Source: an uncultured Gammaproteobacteria bacterium (GTDB lineage Bacteria; Patescibacteriota; Microgenomatia; Levybacterales; UBA12049). Taken from it: a DNA stretch of 64,000 nucleotides. The stretch covers positions 1,290-65,289 of the forward strand of contig CAYOZJ010000003.1 of assembly GCA_964408485.1 (NCBI GenBank), written 5' to 3'. The first letter of the stretch is position 1. Each line of letters starts with the position of its first letter. The notes below the pieces were generated by a model that searched no databases, was not told where the DNA came from, and was given only the letters and a program-made list of their open reading frames with translations. Shown here one piece after another: positions 21,375-31,418 of the stretch. A program made the position numbers and the translations under genes.

Positions 21375-22339
21375 TTAGCGCTGTAGTGCCTGTTTTTAAT
21401 GAAGAAGAAAGTATTCCCGAATTCTCCAAAAGACTTACAGCTTCTCTTGCAAAATTACAAAGCCGGTATGAAATCATTTTTATTGATGACGGTTCAACGG
21501 ATAATAGTTTGACTCTCTTAAAGAAGTTAGCAACAAAGGACACCCACATAAAGGTATTTTCTTTTCGCAAAAATCAAGGCAAATCAGAAGCATTAACACT
21601 TGGCTTTCAAATGGCAAAAGGGGATGTAATTGTAACACTGGATGCAGATTTGCAAGATGTGCCGGAGGAGATAAAGAAGCTTTTTGTTAAAACAAAAGAA
21701 GGGTATGAGCTTATTTGTGGATGGAGAGAAAAACGTGCAGATCCATTCACAAAGGTTCTTTCTTCAAAGCTCTTTAACTATCTTGCAAGAATTTTTTGGG
21801 GACTTAATTTACATGATTATAATTGTGGTTTGAAATTGTACTCAAGAGAAGCAGCGAAGAGCTTAAGACTTTATGGAGGAATGCACCGGTTTATTCCTCT
21901 TCTTGTCTTTGGTCAAGGATTTTTGGTAACAGAAGTGCCAATAGTCCATAAAAAGCGCGCTTACGGAAAATCGAAATATGGGTTTTCTAAGTTATGGAAA
22001 GATTTGCCTGATATTTTGACTATGCTCTTTCTTACAAAATATGGAAAACGTCCTCTCCATTTTTTTGGAACACTAGGGGGAATTCTTTTTGCTGTAGGTA
22101 TTGTTGTGTTGTCCTATCTTTCTTGGATCCATTTTACCGGGCATTCAATTGGGACAAGACCGCTTCTTTTTCTAGGAATAGTACTGCTTTTAGCAGGTTT
22201 GCAAGTCATCGTAACAGGGTTTTTGGCAGATTTATTTATCCATCTTTTCCAAACGCCACGGAGTATTGAAGAAAGGTCCCATTTTCATTTAAAATATGAT
22301 AGTACACAGCGTCGTGCTGATACAATTTCTTTTTCATGA
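21371..22339 (+). CDS. Polyprenol-phosphate glycosyltransferase (GT2, ArnC/GtrB-like)
   Basis: VVPVFNEEE, DDGSTD, DADLQD, DYNCGLK, MHRFIP, two C-terminal TMs. Confidence 0.9.
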   Translation: MISAVVPVFNEEESIPEFSKRLTASLAKLQSRYEIIFIDDGSTDNSLTLLKKLATKDTHIKVFSFRKNQGKSEALTLGFQMAKGDVIVTLDADLQDVPEEIKKLFVKTKEGYELICGWREKRADPFTKVLSSKLFNYLARIFWGLNLHDYNCGLKLYSREAAKSLRLYGGMHRFIPLLVFGQGFLVTEVPIVHKKRAYGKSKYGFSKLWKDLPDILTMLFLTKYGKRPLHFFGTLGGILFAVGIVVLSYLSWIHFTGHSIGTRPLLFLGIVLLLAGLQVIVTGFLADLFIHLFQTPRSIEERSHFHLKYDSTQRRADTISFS

Positions 22340-22557
22340 AACCACAGGATTTTACTTTTTTTGTCGTAGTACTTGTTTTACTTATTATTCCTAAATTTAG
22401 GAAACCTCCTGTTTTTATTATTTCAGGAATGATGTGTCTTCTTTTGGCAATGCCACTTTTTGCATTGTGGATATTTTTTACAGCGCAGCATCTAGTCTGG
22501 TATGCGTGTGGATTTTTTCTGGTGGCAATTGTCTTATATTTACTTCACAATAAGTAA
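22336..22557 (+). CDS. Small membrane protein (about 3 TMs)
   Basis: Hydrophobic 73-aa ORF coupled by ATGA overlap. Confidence 0.6.
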   Translation: MKPQDFTFFVVVLVLLIIPKFRKPPVFIISGMMCLLLAMPLFALWIFFTAQHLVWYACGFFLVAIVLYLLHNK

Positions 22558-22558
22558 T

Positions 22559-23080
22559 ATGCGTATTGGAATAGATATTTCACAGTTAGCATATCCAAAA
22601 ACAGGTGTTGCAACCTACCTCTTTCATCTTGTTAAAAAGATGATTGAGCAGGATAAAGAAAATACATATATTCTTTTTTACTCAAGTCTTCGAAGGAAAT
22701 TGCCAGTCCAATTTCAAAACAAAAACGTTGAAATTAAAAAATTTAAACTACCCCCAACAGTATTAGATTTTCTTTGGAATACGCTCCACATAGTTCCTGT
22801 TGAGGCATTTATTGGGTCAGTTGATGTGTTTATTTCATCAGACTGGACGCAACCTCCGAGTAAAGCAAAAAAGGCAACAATTATCTATGACATGATTGTT
22901 TATACATATCCGGAGGAAACAGCAGGGAAAATAGTCAGAGTTCAAAAAAAACGATTGGAATGGGTAAAAAAAGAAGTGGACAAGATTTTTTGTATTTCTG
23001 AGGCAACAAGGAAAGATGTGGAGAAGATTTTGGGAATTGAAGAAAAAAGATTAAAGGTAGTATATCCAGGTGTGGTTTAA
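22559..23080 (+). CDS. GT4 N-terminal domain only
   Basis: MRIGIDISQ...TGVATY...YD...ISEATRKD...VVYPG, then stop. Confidence 0.75.
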   Translation: MRIGIDISQLAYPKTGVATYLFHLVKKMIEQDKENTYILFYSSLRRKLPVQFQNKNVEIKKFKLPPTVLDFLWNTLHIVPVEAFIGSVDVFISSDWTQPPSKAKKATIIYDMIVYTYPEETAGKIVRVQKKRLEWVKKEVDKIFCISEATRKDVEKILGIEEKRLKVVYPGVV

Positions 23081-23084
23081 TTCA

Positions 23085-23130
23085 AACCTCACCTCAAACC
23101 CTCTCCTGATAGGAGAGGGAGACAAGGAGA
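23085..23130 (+). repeat. Palindromic repeat family A, copy 1
   Basis: AACCTCACCTCAAA-CCCTCTCCT-GAT-AGGAGAGGG-AGACAAGGAGA; perfect 9-bp stem 23099-23119. Confidence 0.85.
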
Positions 23131-23139
23131 AAATTAATA

Positions 23140-24264
23140 ATGATTATTGGTATTGATGGTAATGAGGCAAATGTAGAAAAAAAAGTAGGTATTAGTGAGT
23201 ATGCCTATCAGCTCTTATTGGAGTTTTATAAGCATAGTGAGATAGAATTCTGCATTTACCTTAAAAATTCTCCTCGTGCGGATATGCCAAAAGAAAGAAA
23301 TGGATGGAAGTATATTCTTGTTGGGCCAAAAAAATTGTGGACACAAATTGGCTTACCAATCTATCTATTTACCCATTTTCCGCGTCCTACTGTTTTTTTT
23401 AGCCCAACACACTATGCGCCTCGATTTGCGCCAGTACCTACAGCAATAAGTATCATGGACGTGTCCTACTTACACTTTCCAGAACTTTTTGCAAAAAGAG
23501 ATTTATATCAGCTAACATCGTGGACAAAGTATTCTGCGACACATGCAAAACGTATCTTTACCATTAGTCAGTCAAGCAAAAATGATATACTAAAAGAGTA
23601 CCAAAAACAGGCTCAAGAAGTACTCGTTACGTACCCAGGAATTAAAAATGCAGAAAGCAATATGAATGATGCAGTAAGTAAGAAAGATCTACAAAAGAAG
23701 TTTGGAATTTCGGGGGTTTACATTCTTTTTGTTGGAACACTGCAGCCAAGAAAAAATATTGAACGTCTTATTGAGGCGTATGCACGCGTGAAGCAAAATG
23801 TAAAAAATGAAAAAGATTTACAATTAGTAATTGTTGGGAAAAAAGGATGGTTGTATGAGCCGATTCTCGAGGCGCCGAAAAGACTTGGGATTAGCGAAAG
23901 CGTAAAATTCTTAGAATTTGTAGACGATAACGAATTACCCTCTTTGTATAAAAATGCAATCTTGTTTGTTTTGCCGTCACTTTATGAAGGATTTGGACTT
24001 CCTGTTGTTGAAGCAATGAAATATGGCACTCCTGTTATTACAAGTAATGTGAGTAGTTTGCCAGAGGCAGGAGGAGATGCCGCACTATATATTAATCCAG
24101 AAAGCGTGGAGGACATTGCTAAGGCAATAGAAAAGCTTTTAGATAATCCAAAGCTAAGAGAGCAGATGGTGAAAAAAGGATACCAGCATATTAAGCAATT
24201 CAGCTGGGAAAAGGCAGCCAAAGAAACACTAGATGTTTTGGAAGAAATGGGGAGCAAGGTATGA
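23140..24264 (+). CDS. GT4 family glycosyltransferase (mannosyltransferase-like)
   Basis: FVGTLQPRKN, PSLYEGFGLPVVEAM. Confidence 0.9.
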   Translation: MIIGIDGNEANVEKKVGISEYAYQLLLEFYKHSEIEFCIYLKNSPRADMPKERNGWKYILVGPKKLWTQIGLPIYLFTHFPRPTVFFSPTHYAPRFAPVPTAISIMDVSYLHFPELFAKRDLYQLTSWTKYSATHAKRIFTISQSSKNDILKEYQKQAQEVLVTYPGIKNAESNMNDAVSKKDLQKKFGISGVYILFVGTLQPRKNIERLIEAYARVKQNVKNEKDLQLVIVGKKGWLYEPILEAPKRLGISESVKFLEFVDDNELPSLYKNAILFVLPSLYEGFGLPVVEAMKYGTPVITSNVSSLPEAGGDAALYINPESVEDIAKAIEKLLDNPKLREQMVKKGYQHIKQFSWEKAAKETLDVLEEMGSKV

Positions 24265-24824
24265 GTGGATTGTTTCATAAAATTATGCGCAGACTGGATG
24301 CTATAGATTTAGAGTTTGAAATGATGATACTTCGATGGGTTGGTCATGTTCCTTCTCATCATGTGCGACGGTTTTTTTATCGATTAGGTTTTATGAAAAT
24401 TGGCAAAGGATCAGCAATCCATATGGGTGCAATCTTCTATGACACACGAAACATTTCAATCGGTGAGGATACCATTATCGGAGAGAATGCTGTTTTGGAT
24501 GGTCGGGCAAGTCTAGTAATTGGAAATCATGTAGATATTGCAAGTGAGGTCATGATATATAATGCGCAGCATGATATCGAAAGAGAGGATTTCAGAGCCA
24601 TTACAGGAAGTGTTGTCATTGAAGATTATGTATTTATTGGACCTCGGGCGATTATTCTGCCTGGCGTGCAAATAAAACGGGGAGCTGTTGTAGGAGCAGG
24701 AGCAGTAGTTACAAAAGATGTAGAAGAAAATTCCATTGTTGGTGGTGTTCCTGCTAAAGAAATTAGAAAAAGAAAACTCAATAATTTTACCTACCGATTA
24801 AAAAGAGCCGCTTGGTTTCGCTAA
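24261..24824 (+). CDS. Hexapeptide-repeat (LbH) O-acetyltransferase
   Basis: Repeated [IV]GxxxxI units, VVTKDV, GGVPAK. Confidence 0.9.
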   Translation: MSGLFHKIMRRLDAIDLEFEMMILRWVGHVPSHHVRRFFYRLGFMKIGKGSAIHMGAIFYDTRNISIGEDTIIGENAVLDGRASLVIGNHVDIASEVMIYNAQHDIEREDFRAITGSVVIEDYVFIGPRAIILPGVQIKRGAVVGAGAVVTKDVEENSIVGGVPAKEIRKRKLNNFTYRLKRAAWFR

Positions 24825-24827
24825 TGT

Positions 24828-25700
24828 ATGCAGCTTTCTATTATAACGATTAATTTCAAAAAGCCCGAGTTAACCATTGCGTGTCTTACCTCGTTATACA
24901 GTTCCTATACCCAACAATTCGAAAAAAATCTCTTTGAATTTTTGATCGTTGATAATAATTCAGAAGATTCATCTGTTGAAATACTAGAAAAGGAAATAAA
25001 AAAGAAAAAATATAAAAATGTAACAGTACTTTCCAATGAGAAAAATAGTGGTTTTGGAGGAGGAAATAATTTTGGAGCAATACATGCAAAAGGAGATACG
25101 CTCTTGTTTTTAAATAATGATACGGTTGTGGGAAAAGGAGTAGGTAATATGCTCACCTTCCTTTTAGATAATCCCCACATAGGTGTACTGGGCGGTATTT
25201 TAAAGAATACAAATGGCACGTCTCAACATTCATTTGATACCTTCTACAGTTTGCCACGCGTCTTGCTTCTTCTTCTTGGTATGCAACGTTTTCAATTTCA
25301 GAATGTTGTTAGGCCACAGCGTGTTGATTGGGTTAAAGGAGCATGTCTTATGATAGGGAAAGATTTATTCACTTCCATAGGAAGGTTTGATGAGGAAATT
25401 TTTATGTACACGGAAGATATGGAGCTTTGCTATAGAGCAAGTAAAATAGGGAAAGATGTTTGGGTTTTCCCAGATATTGATATTCATCACAGAGATCAGG
25501 GAAGTAGCAATCGGACATTTGCCATTGTAAATATCTACAAAGGAATTTTGTATTTCTACAAAAAACACCGATCATTGCTCGAATATAGTCTTGTGAAACT
25601 CCTACTTCAAAGTAAGGCACAGATTCTGATATTATTAGGAAAGCTCATAAAAAATGACTATCTAACGTCAACCTATGAAAAAGCTCTTAACACTCTTTGA
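24828..25700 (+). CDS. GT2 family glycosyltransferase (WbbL-like)
   Basis: VDNNSED, GFGGGNN, FLNND, GACLM, FMYTEDMELC. Confidence 0.9.
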   Translation: MQLSIITINFKKPELTIACLTSLYSSYTQQFEKNLFEFLIVDNNSEDSSVEILEKEIKKKKYKNVTVLSNEKNSGFGGGNNFGAIHAKGDTLLFLNNDTVVGKGVGNMLTFLLDNPHIGVLGGILKNTNGTSQHSFDTFYSLPRVLLLLLGMQRFQFQNVVRPQRVDWVKGACLMIGKDLFTSIGRFDEEIFMYTEDMELCYRASKIGKDVWVFPDIDIHHRDQGSSNRTFAIVNIYKGILYFYKKHRSLLEYSLVKLLLQSKAQILILLGKLIKNDYLTSTYEKALNTL

Positions 25701-28700
25701 CACGTATTTTCTCAAATTCAGTGTCCTTTTTGCATTTATTTTTATTACGCTTTACCCAAAATTGCCGAGTATCCATATTGTTCGCACGTGGGTATATATT
25801 AGACTCGAAGATTTTGTTATTGCAACACTTGTCATTGCGTGGCTCATTCAACTTCTGAGAAGAAAAGTGCGATTACCGTTACCAGTAGGTATACCTATTG
25901 CTGTTTATTGGCTTGTTGGGCTTATATCGCTTCTTATTAGCCTTATTTTTATTGGACCACATTTGGTGGGATTTTTCCCTCATCTGGCAATTCTTGAATA
26001 TGGGAGACGCATAGAATACATGATTTTGTTTTTTATTGCTTTCTCAACAATTAAATCCCAAAAAGATATTCGAGATTTTGTTGTTATGCTCTGCGTTGCT
26101 CTTACCGCAATTGTCATATACGGCTTTGGTCAACGATTTTATTTAGTTTTATGGGGACTTTTTCCAAAGTTTTTTGAGCACTTCTCGTACTGCTTTCCGT
26201 CTTTTCAAACAGGTAACGAAGAGTTTGCAAAAGGACTTGCACTTTGTCTTCCTCAGGAGGCAAGAATTACATCAACATTTGGTGGACACTATGATTTGGC
26301 AGCGTTTTTGGTTGTTATTCTTCCAGTACTCCTTGGTATTTTCGTGAATGTAAAAAAAATTGCTGCAAAAGTAGGGGTAGGGTTATTGTTTGTTACTTCC
26401 CTTATGCTTCTTCTTTTCACCGCGTCCCGTGTTTCATTTAGTACGTATCTTGTTGGTGCAACGATTGCATTAATACTTATGAAGCAAAAAAAACTTTTAA
26501 TTCCTGTATTACTTCTTAGTGTTGCTTGTTTGCTTATTTTTTCTGGTTCTACTGCAAAGAGGTTTCTTGAGACATTTCGCGTTGTTAATGTTGTTACCGA
26601 CAATCAGGGTCGGGTTGTTGGGATTGCAGAAAATAACTTACCCGACAGTCTAAAAAATAAAATTTCCAAAAATGATTCAGTTGTGGTTGAAGCACCTCCA
26701 CCAACACAAAATCTTCCAACAGGATCAAGCTTTATTACACTTTCTCAGACTGCTGTTGCAACAAGCGGCGCGTATATAAGAGCTGCAATCCCAACCTCTG
26801 AAGCGCAGCGTTTAAAATTGGCAAATGGAGGGCTTGAGATCTCAACTGTTTCTGGCAATTTTCTTACTCAAAAGGCGCTTGTCTATGACATATCATTTAC
26901 AACGCGTTTTCAAGCAGAATGGCCTAATGCGTGGACTGCTTTTATGACCGATCCGCCATTTGGAAAAGGATACTCAACAATTACGTTGGCAACGGACAAT
27001 GATTATCTGAGGCTCTTAGGAGAATCTGGATTTGTTGGTTTTGCTGCTTTTGCGCTTATTTTTATTGTTCTGGCAATTTTCCTGAAAGAATCTCTAGGGG
27101 AAAGTGCGTCTCTCTCGAAATACTTTGCCATAGGACTTGCGGGAGGAGTAGTGGGGCTTATTCTTAATGGTGCATTGATTGATGTTTTTGAAGCATCAAA
27201 GGTTGCAGAGCCATTGTGGATTCTTTTGGGTGTTGCCGTAGGTGGACTCTCATTAACACTTTCTAAAAGTATCAATTATAAAAAAGATTTGATGCGGGTT
27301 TTCTCCTCTCATGTATTTCTTTTGCTCCTTCTTTGTATCCTGACGTTTGTCGTATTTGGTGGAGGACTGACTAATTTTTTTGTTGCAGACGATTTTATCT
27401 GGCTTAAGTGGGGAGCAATAGCGCATCCGGGAGACATTGCACAGTACTTTTCAGATGCGCAGGGATCAATTTATCGACCACTCGCGAAAATTATTATGTT
27501 TTGTTTGTATTCTGTATTTTCTTTTCAACCCGCTGGATATCATGCTGTTGGACTCTTGGTTCACTTCTTTATTGGCATTGGTATATACCTGTTAGGAATA
27601 GCGCTTTTTAAGAAAAAACTCTGGGCATGGATGTTAGCAGCACTCTATCTTATTCTTCCTATTCATTCAGAAGTGCTCTTTTGGATTTCAACAATTTCAA
27701 TTAGCTGGTCGACACTTTTTATTGTGTACTCTCTCGTTGCGTATGTGTATTGGAGACAGAAAGGAACAAGGGCTTGGTATATTGTGTCAATGATCCTTGG
27801 TATTTGTAGTCTTTTTACATACGAAATGGGTATTGTTGTGCCCCTTCTTCTTATTGCGCTTGATGTGTTGATTCTAAGGAAAAAACAAATCAAAAGTATT
27901 GCTCTTGCCGTTACGCCTTTCATTATTTTTGATGTTCTCTACCTATTTATTCGCGCCCATGCAAATGTAGCACCAATTAGTGGAGATTATTCGTATAATG
28001 CTAGTCACCTTGTTCCAAATGTCATCGCTAACTATGTAAATTACTTCTTGGCAATGCTTATTGGTGAACGAGTTGTAGCGTGGCAATATGGACTGCGTTT
28101 GATGCTTAAAACGCATACACTTCCAATAACCGCAGCTCTTGTTGCTGGTGTAGGAATTCTTGGTGGCATTCTCTTTATTGTACGGAAAAACCTCAATCTC
28201 CAATTAGTAAGATTTGTAGGATTTGGATTTCTCTTTGCTTTTATTGGGTTATTGCCATTCTTGGGTTTTGGTAACATGTCTGAGCGATATGGATACCTCG
28301 GTGCTATTGGATTTGTTATTGTTATTGTTTCTTTGGGAAGATATTTCTTACAGAAAACAAAAGGAAATAAAGTCGTTGTAGGAGTGCTTATTGTTTGTGC
28401 TGTTATATTCTTTCTCTATGCGAAAGAAGCAGTAAATAGAGAATTGGATCAATGGAAAAAGACAAGTATCATAACATACAACACGCTTGCGTATTTCCGT
28501 GTGGTAAAAGAGTATGTACCAAGTCATGCGACATTTTATGTATCCCACATGCCCACAAAGTATGGAAATGCATGGATTTTTCCTGTTGGATTTCAGGAAG
28601 GATTATGGTTTGTGTATAGAGACGATACGTTGAAGGTTGTTAAGACCAAAGATATTGATGAGTCTCTCGCAATTAAACATTCTCATCCAAGCGATATTCT

Positions 28701-28755
28701 TAACAACGAATATGTTTTTGATTTCGATAAAAATGGGCAGCTATTTGAATATTAA
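25675..28755 (+). CDS. Fusion of O-antigen ligase-like (Wzy_C) domain and GT-C-type glycosyltransferase
   Basis: N-half: RITSTFGG, TASRVS, GKGY, TDNDYLRLLGESG. C-half: FVADDF, YRPL, PIHSE, TYE, ERYGY. Confidence 0.7.
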   Translation: MKKLLTLFDTYFLKFSVLFAFIFITLYPKLPSIHIVRTWVYIRLEDFVIATLVIAWLIQLLRRKVRLPLPVGIPIAVYWLVGLISLLISLIFIGPHLVGFFPHLAILEYGRRIEYMILFFIAFSTIKSQKDIRDFVVMLCVALTAIVIYGFGQRFYLVLWGLFPKFFEHFSYCFPSFQTGNEEFAKGLALCLPQEARITSTFGGHYDLAAFLVVILPVLLGIFVNVKKIAAKVGVGLLFVTSLMLLLFTASRVSFSTYLVGATIALILMKQKKLLIPVLLLSVACLLIFSGSTAKRFLETFRVVNVVTDNQGRVVGIAENNLPDSLKNKISKNDSVVVEAPPPTQNLPTGSSFITLSQTAVATSGAYIRAAIPTSEAQRLKLANGGLEISTVSGNFLTQKALVYDISFTTRFQAEWPNAWTAFMTDPPFGKGYSTITLATDNDYLRLLGESGFVGFAAFALIFIVLAIFLKESLGESASLSKYFAIGLAGGVVGLILNGALIDVFEASKVAEPLWILLGVAVGGLSLTLSKSINYKKDLMRVFSSHVFLLLLLCILTFVVFGGGLTNFFVADDFIWLKWGAIAHPGDIAQYFSDAQGSIYRPLAKIIMFCLYSVFSFQPAGYHAVGLLVHFFIGIGIYLLGIALFKKKLWAWMLAALYLILPIHSEVLFWISTISISWSTLFIVYSLVAYVYWRQKGTRAWYIVSMILGICSLFTYEMGIVVPLLLIALDVLILRKKQIKSIALAVTPFIIFDVLYLFIRAHANVAPISGDYSYNASHLVPNVIANYVNYFLAMLIGERVVAWQYGLRLMLKTHTLPITAALVAGVGILGGILFIVRKNLNLQLVRFVGFGFLFAFIGLLPFLGFGNMSERYGYLGAIGFVIVIVSLGRYFLQKTKGNKVVVGVLIVCAVIFFLYAKEAVNRELDQWKKTSIITYNTLAYFRVVKEYVPSHATFYVSHMPTKYGNAWIFPVGFQEGLWFVYRDDTLKVVKTKDIDESLAIKHSHPSDILNNEYVFDFDKNGQLFEY

Positions 28756-28758
28756 TAT

Positions 28759-30198
28759 ATGAAGAAATGGGAATTGGTACTTCTTTTGCTTATTTGTGGA
28801 ATGGGTTTTGTCTTGCGACTCTATAAAGTTACTAATCCTATTGCCGATTGGCATAGTTGGCGTCAAGCAGACACAAGTGCTGTATCAAGAAGTTTTGTCA
28901 CGAATGGATTTGATCTTCTCCATCCTAGGTTTGAAGATATATCCAATGTGCCTTCCGGCACTAGGGAAAACCCCGAAGGGTATCGATTTGTTGAATTCCC
29001 TTTCTATAACGTCATGCAAGCAGCAAGCTTTATGGTCTTTGACCATTTTACTCTTGAGGAATGGGGAAGAATTGTTACAAATCTTATATCGATTGTTGGC
29101 GTATTTTTCCTTTTCCTTTTGGTAAAACGTTATAGTAACTCTGTTGCAGCAATCTCTGCAGCATTCTTTTTTGCTGTTTTACCATTTAATTTATATTACG
29201 ATCATACTATTTTGCCGGATCCGCTTATGGTAACAACGATGATTATGTCGTTGTACTTTTTTGACATGTTTTTAGGAGCAAAAACAAAAAGCGCAAAATT
29301 ATCATTTTTTGTTTTGACATTTCTCTCTGCAGCAGTTGCCCTTTTAGTAAAACCATTTGTTGCATTTTTCTTTTTACCAATGCTTGTTGCTGTATGGAAT
29401 AAGTGGCAATGGAAATTATTTTTACAGTGGCCGCTGTACGTGCTTCTTATTATTTCCTTTGTTCCATTTGCTCTGTGGAGAATATGGATGGCACAATTTC
29501 CAGCAGGTATCCCATCCAGCAGTTGGCTTTTTAACAGTAATCACATTCGTTTTACCGGTGCATTTTTTAATTGGATTTTTGCAAGACGCATTGGTCAGCT
29601 TATCCTAGGTTACTTTCTTATTGGGCCCTTTATTATTGGTATTGTAAGCATAATAAAAAACCGATTATATTTCCTTTCGTTTCTTGCTTCATCGTTTGTG
29701 TATGTATCAGTTGTTGCAACCGGGAATGTGCAGCATGGGTATTATCAACTTCCTATTATTCCCTCCATTGCCATTTTCTTAGGATTGGGTGCTGACTTTC
29801 TTATCCGGCCTCCAAAAGAATTCTCGAGAATTATTAGTATAGCAACGCTTGTTGTTTGTATACTTTTTGGGTTAGCATTTTCGTGGTTTAATGCACGGAC
29901 ACTATTTTACGTCAACAATCCTAATATTGTTGTTGCAGGGCAAGCAGTTGATAGACTTACACCAAAGAATGCAAAAGTGATAGCACTCTACAATGGAGAT
30001 ACGTCATTCTTGTATTACACCAATAGACAAGGTTGGGCGAGTTTTGAGCATTCAATTCCAGAAATGGTAAAGCTTGGTGCTGAGTATATTGCTATTGTTA
30101 ATCCAACGCCAAATGACTTTAAAGGATTTGGAACTGAATATAAAGTAGTTGGATCAAGTAGCGCGTACCTCATTCTTGACCTTGTTCATAAGAAATGA
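28759..30198 (+). CDS. ArnT/PMT-like (GT-C) glycosyltransferase
   Basis: DWHSWRQADT, EFPFY, PDP, LVKP, HGYYQ, multiple TMs. Confidence 0.8.
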   Translation: MKKWELVLLLLICGMGFVLRLYKVTNPIADWHSWRQADTSAVSRSFVTNGFDLLHPRFEDISNVPSGTRENPEGYRFVEFPFYNVMQAASFMVFDHFTLEEWGRIVTNLISIVGVFFLFLLVKRYSNSVAAISAAFFFAVLPFNLYYDHTILPDPLMVTTMIMSLYFFDMFLGAKTKSAKLSFFVLTFLSAAVALLVKPFVAFFFLPMLVAVWNKWQWKLFLQWPLYVLLIISFVPFALWRIWMAQFPAGIPSSSWLFNSNHIRFTGAFFNWIFARRIGQLILGYFLIGPFIIGIVSIIKNRLYFLSFLASSFVYVSVVATGNVQHGYYQLPIIPSIAIFLGLGADFLIRPPKEFSRIISIATLVVCILFGLAFSWFNARTLFYVNNPNIVVAGQAVDRLTPKNAKVIALYNGDTSFLYYTNRQGWASFEHSIPEMVKLGAEYIAIVNPTPNDFKGFGTEYKVVGSSSAYLILDLVHKK

Positions 30199-31418
30199 AA
30201 ATTCTTATTGTTTCATCATTTCTTCCCTTTCCGCTTTTTTCTGGTGGGCAGGTACGCCTTTATAATTTACTCAAAGAACTTTCCCAAAAACACGAAATAA
30301 CACTCGTATGTGAAAAGAGAAAACATCAAACACAAAGCGATGTTGACGTTGTAAAAAAGGTTTGCAAAGATATTTTTGTTGTCGATCGAAAAAAACAATG
30401 GTCCGCAGAAGTAGTGCTAAAAACAGTAATTTCTTCCTACCCTTTTCTTTTAGCAGGGCATGATCTGCCAGAAATGAAAAAAATTCTTTCCCAACTGCTT
30501 AAGGAAAAGCAATTTGACGTTATTCATGTAGAAACCTTTTACGTGTATCAGAATTTGCCCGAGACATCGCTTCCTGTGGTATTAGTAGAACACAATATTG
30601 AATATAATGTGTACGAGCGTTTTGCAAAAACAGCACCAATTCTTGTAAAACCACTTCTTGCGATAGACATTGAAAAAATAAAATATTGGGAAAAATTTTA
30701 CTGGGAAAAAGCAACAAAAATTGTCGGTGTATCACGTGTTGAGGTTAATAAAATGAGATCGGATGCTGTCGTTGTTCCAAATGGTGTTAGTCTTTCTGAT
30801 TTCCCCTTTAGACCCATTAGACACTCGACCCAGTACTTGCTTCCCCGAAGCGGCGCAGCTCAGGGTAAAAAGGAAATGATAATTCTTTTTATGGGAGATT
30901 TTACATGGATCCAAAATACAACAACTGCTTCGTGGATTATAAAAGATATATGGCCGAAGATAGAGAAAAGCGTAAAGAATAAAGCGTTAAACGTAAAATT
31001 GTGGATTGTTGGGAAGCACATTCCAGAAAGCTTAAAAGCGTATCGTTCTGAAAATATTATTTTTGATGAGCATGCGCCGAATAAGACATCAGATATTTAT
31101 AAAAAAGCAGATATCCTTTTAGCTCCTATTAAAGTTGGCGGCGGGACAAGTTATAAAATTTTAGAAGCAATGGCAAGCGGAGTTCCGGTGGTAACAACGA
31201 GCTTAGGTCTTGAAGGACTTCAAGCAAAAAATAAAACACACGCGCTAACTGCTGAAACATCAGTAGATCTTGCTCGTGCAGTGGACACCTTGCTGGATAA
31301 TAAAAGGGAATACACAGCTATTGCAAAGAATGCAAGACAATTTATTGAAAAAAACTATTCATGGACTGAAATTGCAAAAACCTTAGAAGGAGTATATACC
31401 AATGCAATCAAAAAATAA
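30195..31418 (+). CDS. GT4 family glycosyltransferase with in-frame repeat insertion
   Basis: SGGQVR, EHNIE, VPNGV, GGGTSYKILEAMASGVPVV. Confidence 0.85.
   Translation: MKILIVSSFLPFPLFSGGQVRLYNLLKELSQKHEITLVCEKRKHQTQSDVDVVKKVCKDIFVVDRKKQWSAEVVLKTVISSYPFLLAGHDLPEMKKILSQLLKEKQFDVIHVETFYVYQNLPETSLPVVLVEHNIEYNVYERFAKTAPILVKPLLAIDIEKIKYWEKFYWEKATKIVGVSRVEVNKMRSDAVVVPNGVSLSDFPFRPIRHSTQYLLPRSGAAQGKKEMIILFMGDFTWIQNTTTASWIIKDIWPKIEKSVKNKALNVKLWIVGKHIPESLKAYRSENIIFDEHAPNKTSDIYKKADILLAPIKVGGGTSYKILEAMASGVPVVTTSLGLEGLQAKNKTHALTAETSVDLARAVDTLLDNKREYTAIAKNARQFIEKNYSWTEIAKTLEGVYTNAIKK
30811..30868 (+). repeat. Nested repeat: family B element interrupted by a family C element, in frame
   Basis: GACCCATTAGAC[...ACTTGCTTCCCCGAAGCGGCGC]AGCTCAGGGTAAA; flanks match 43688-43710; the inner 23-mer matches 38961-38983 at 21/23. 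Confidence 0.7.
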
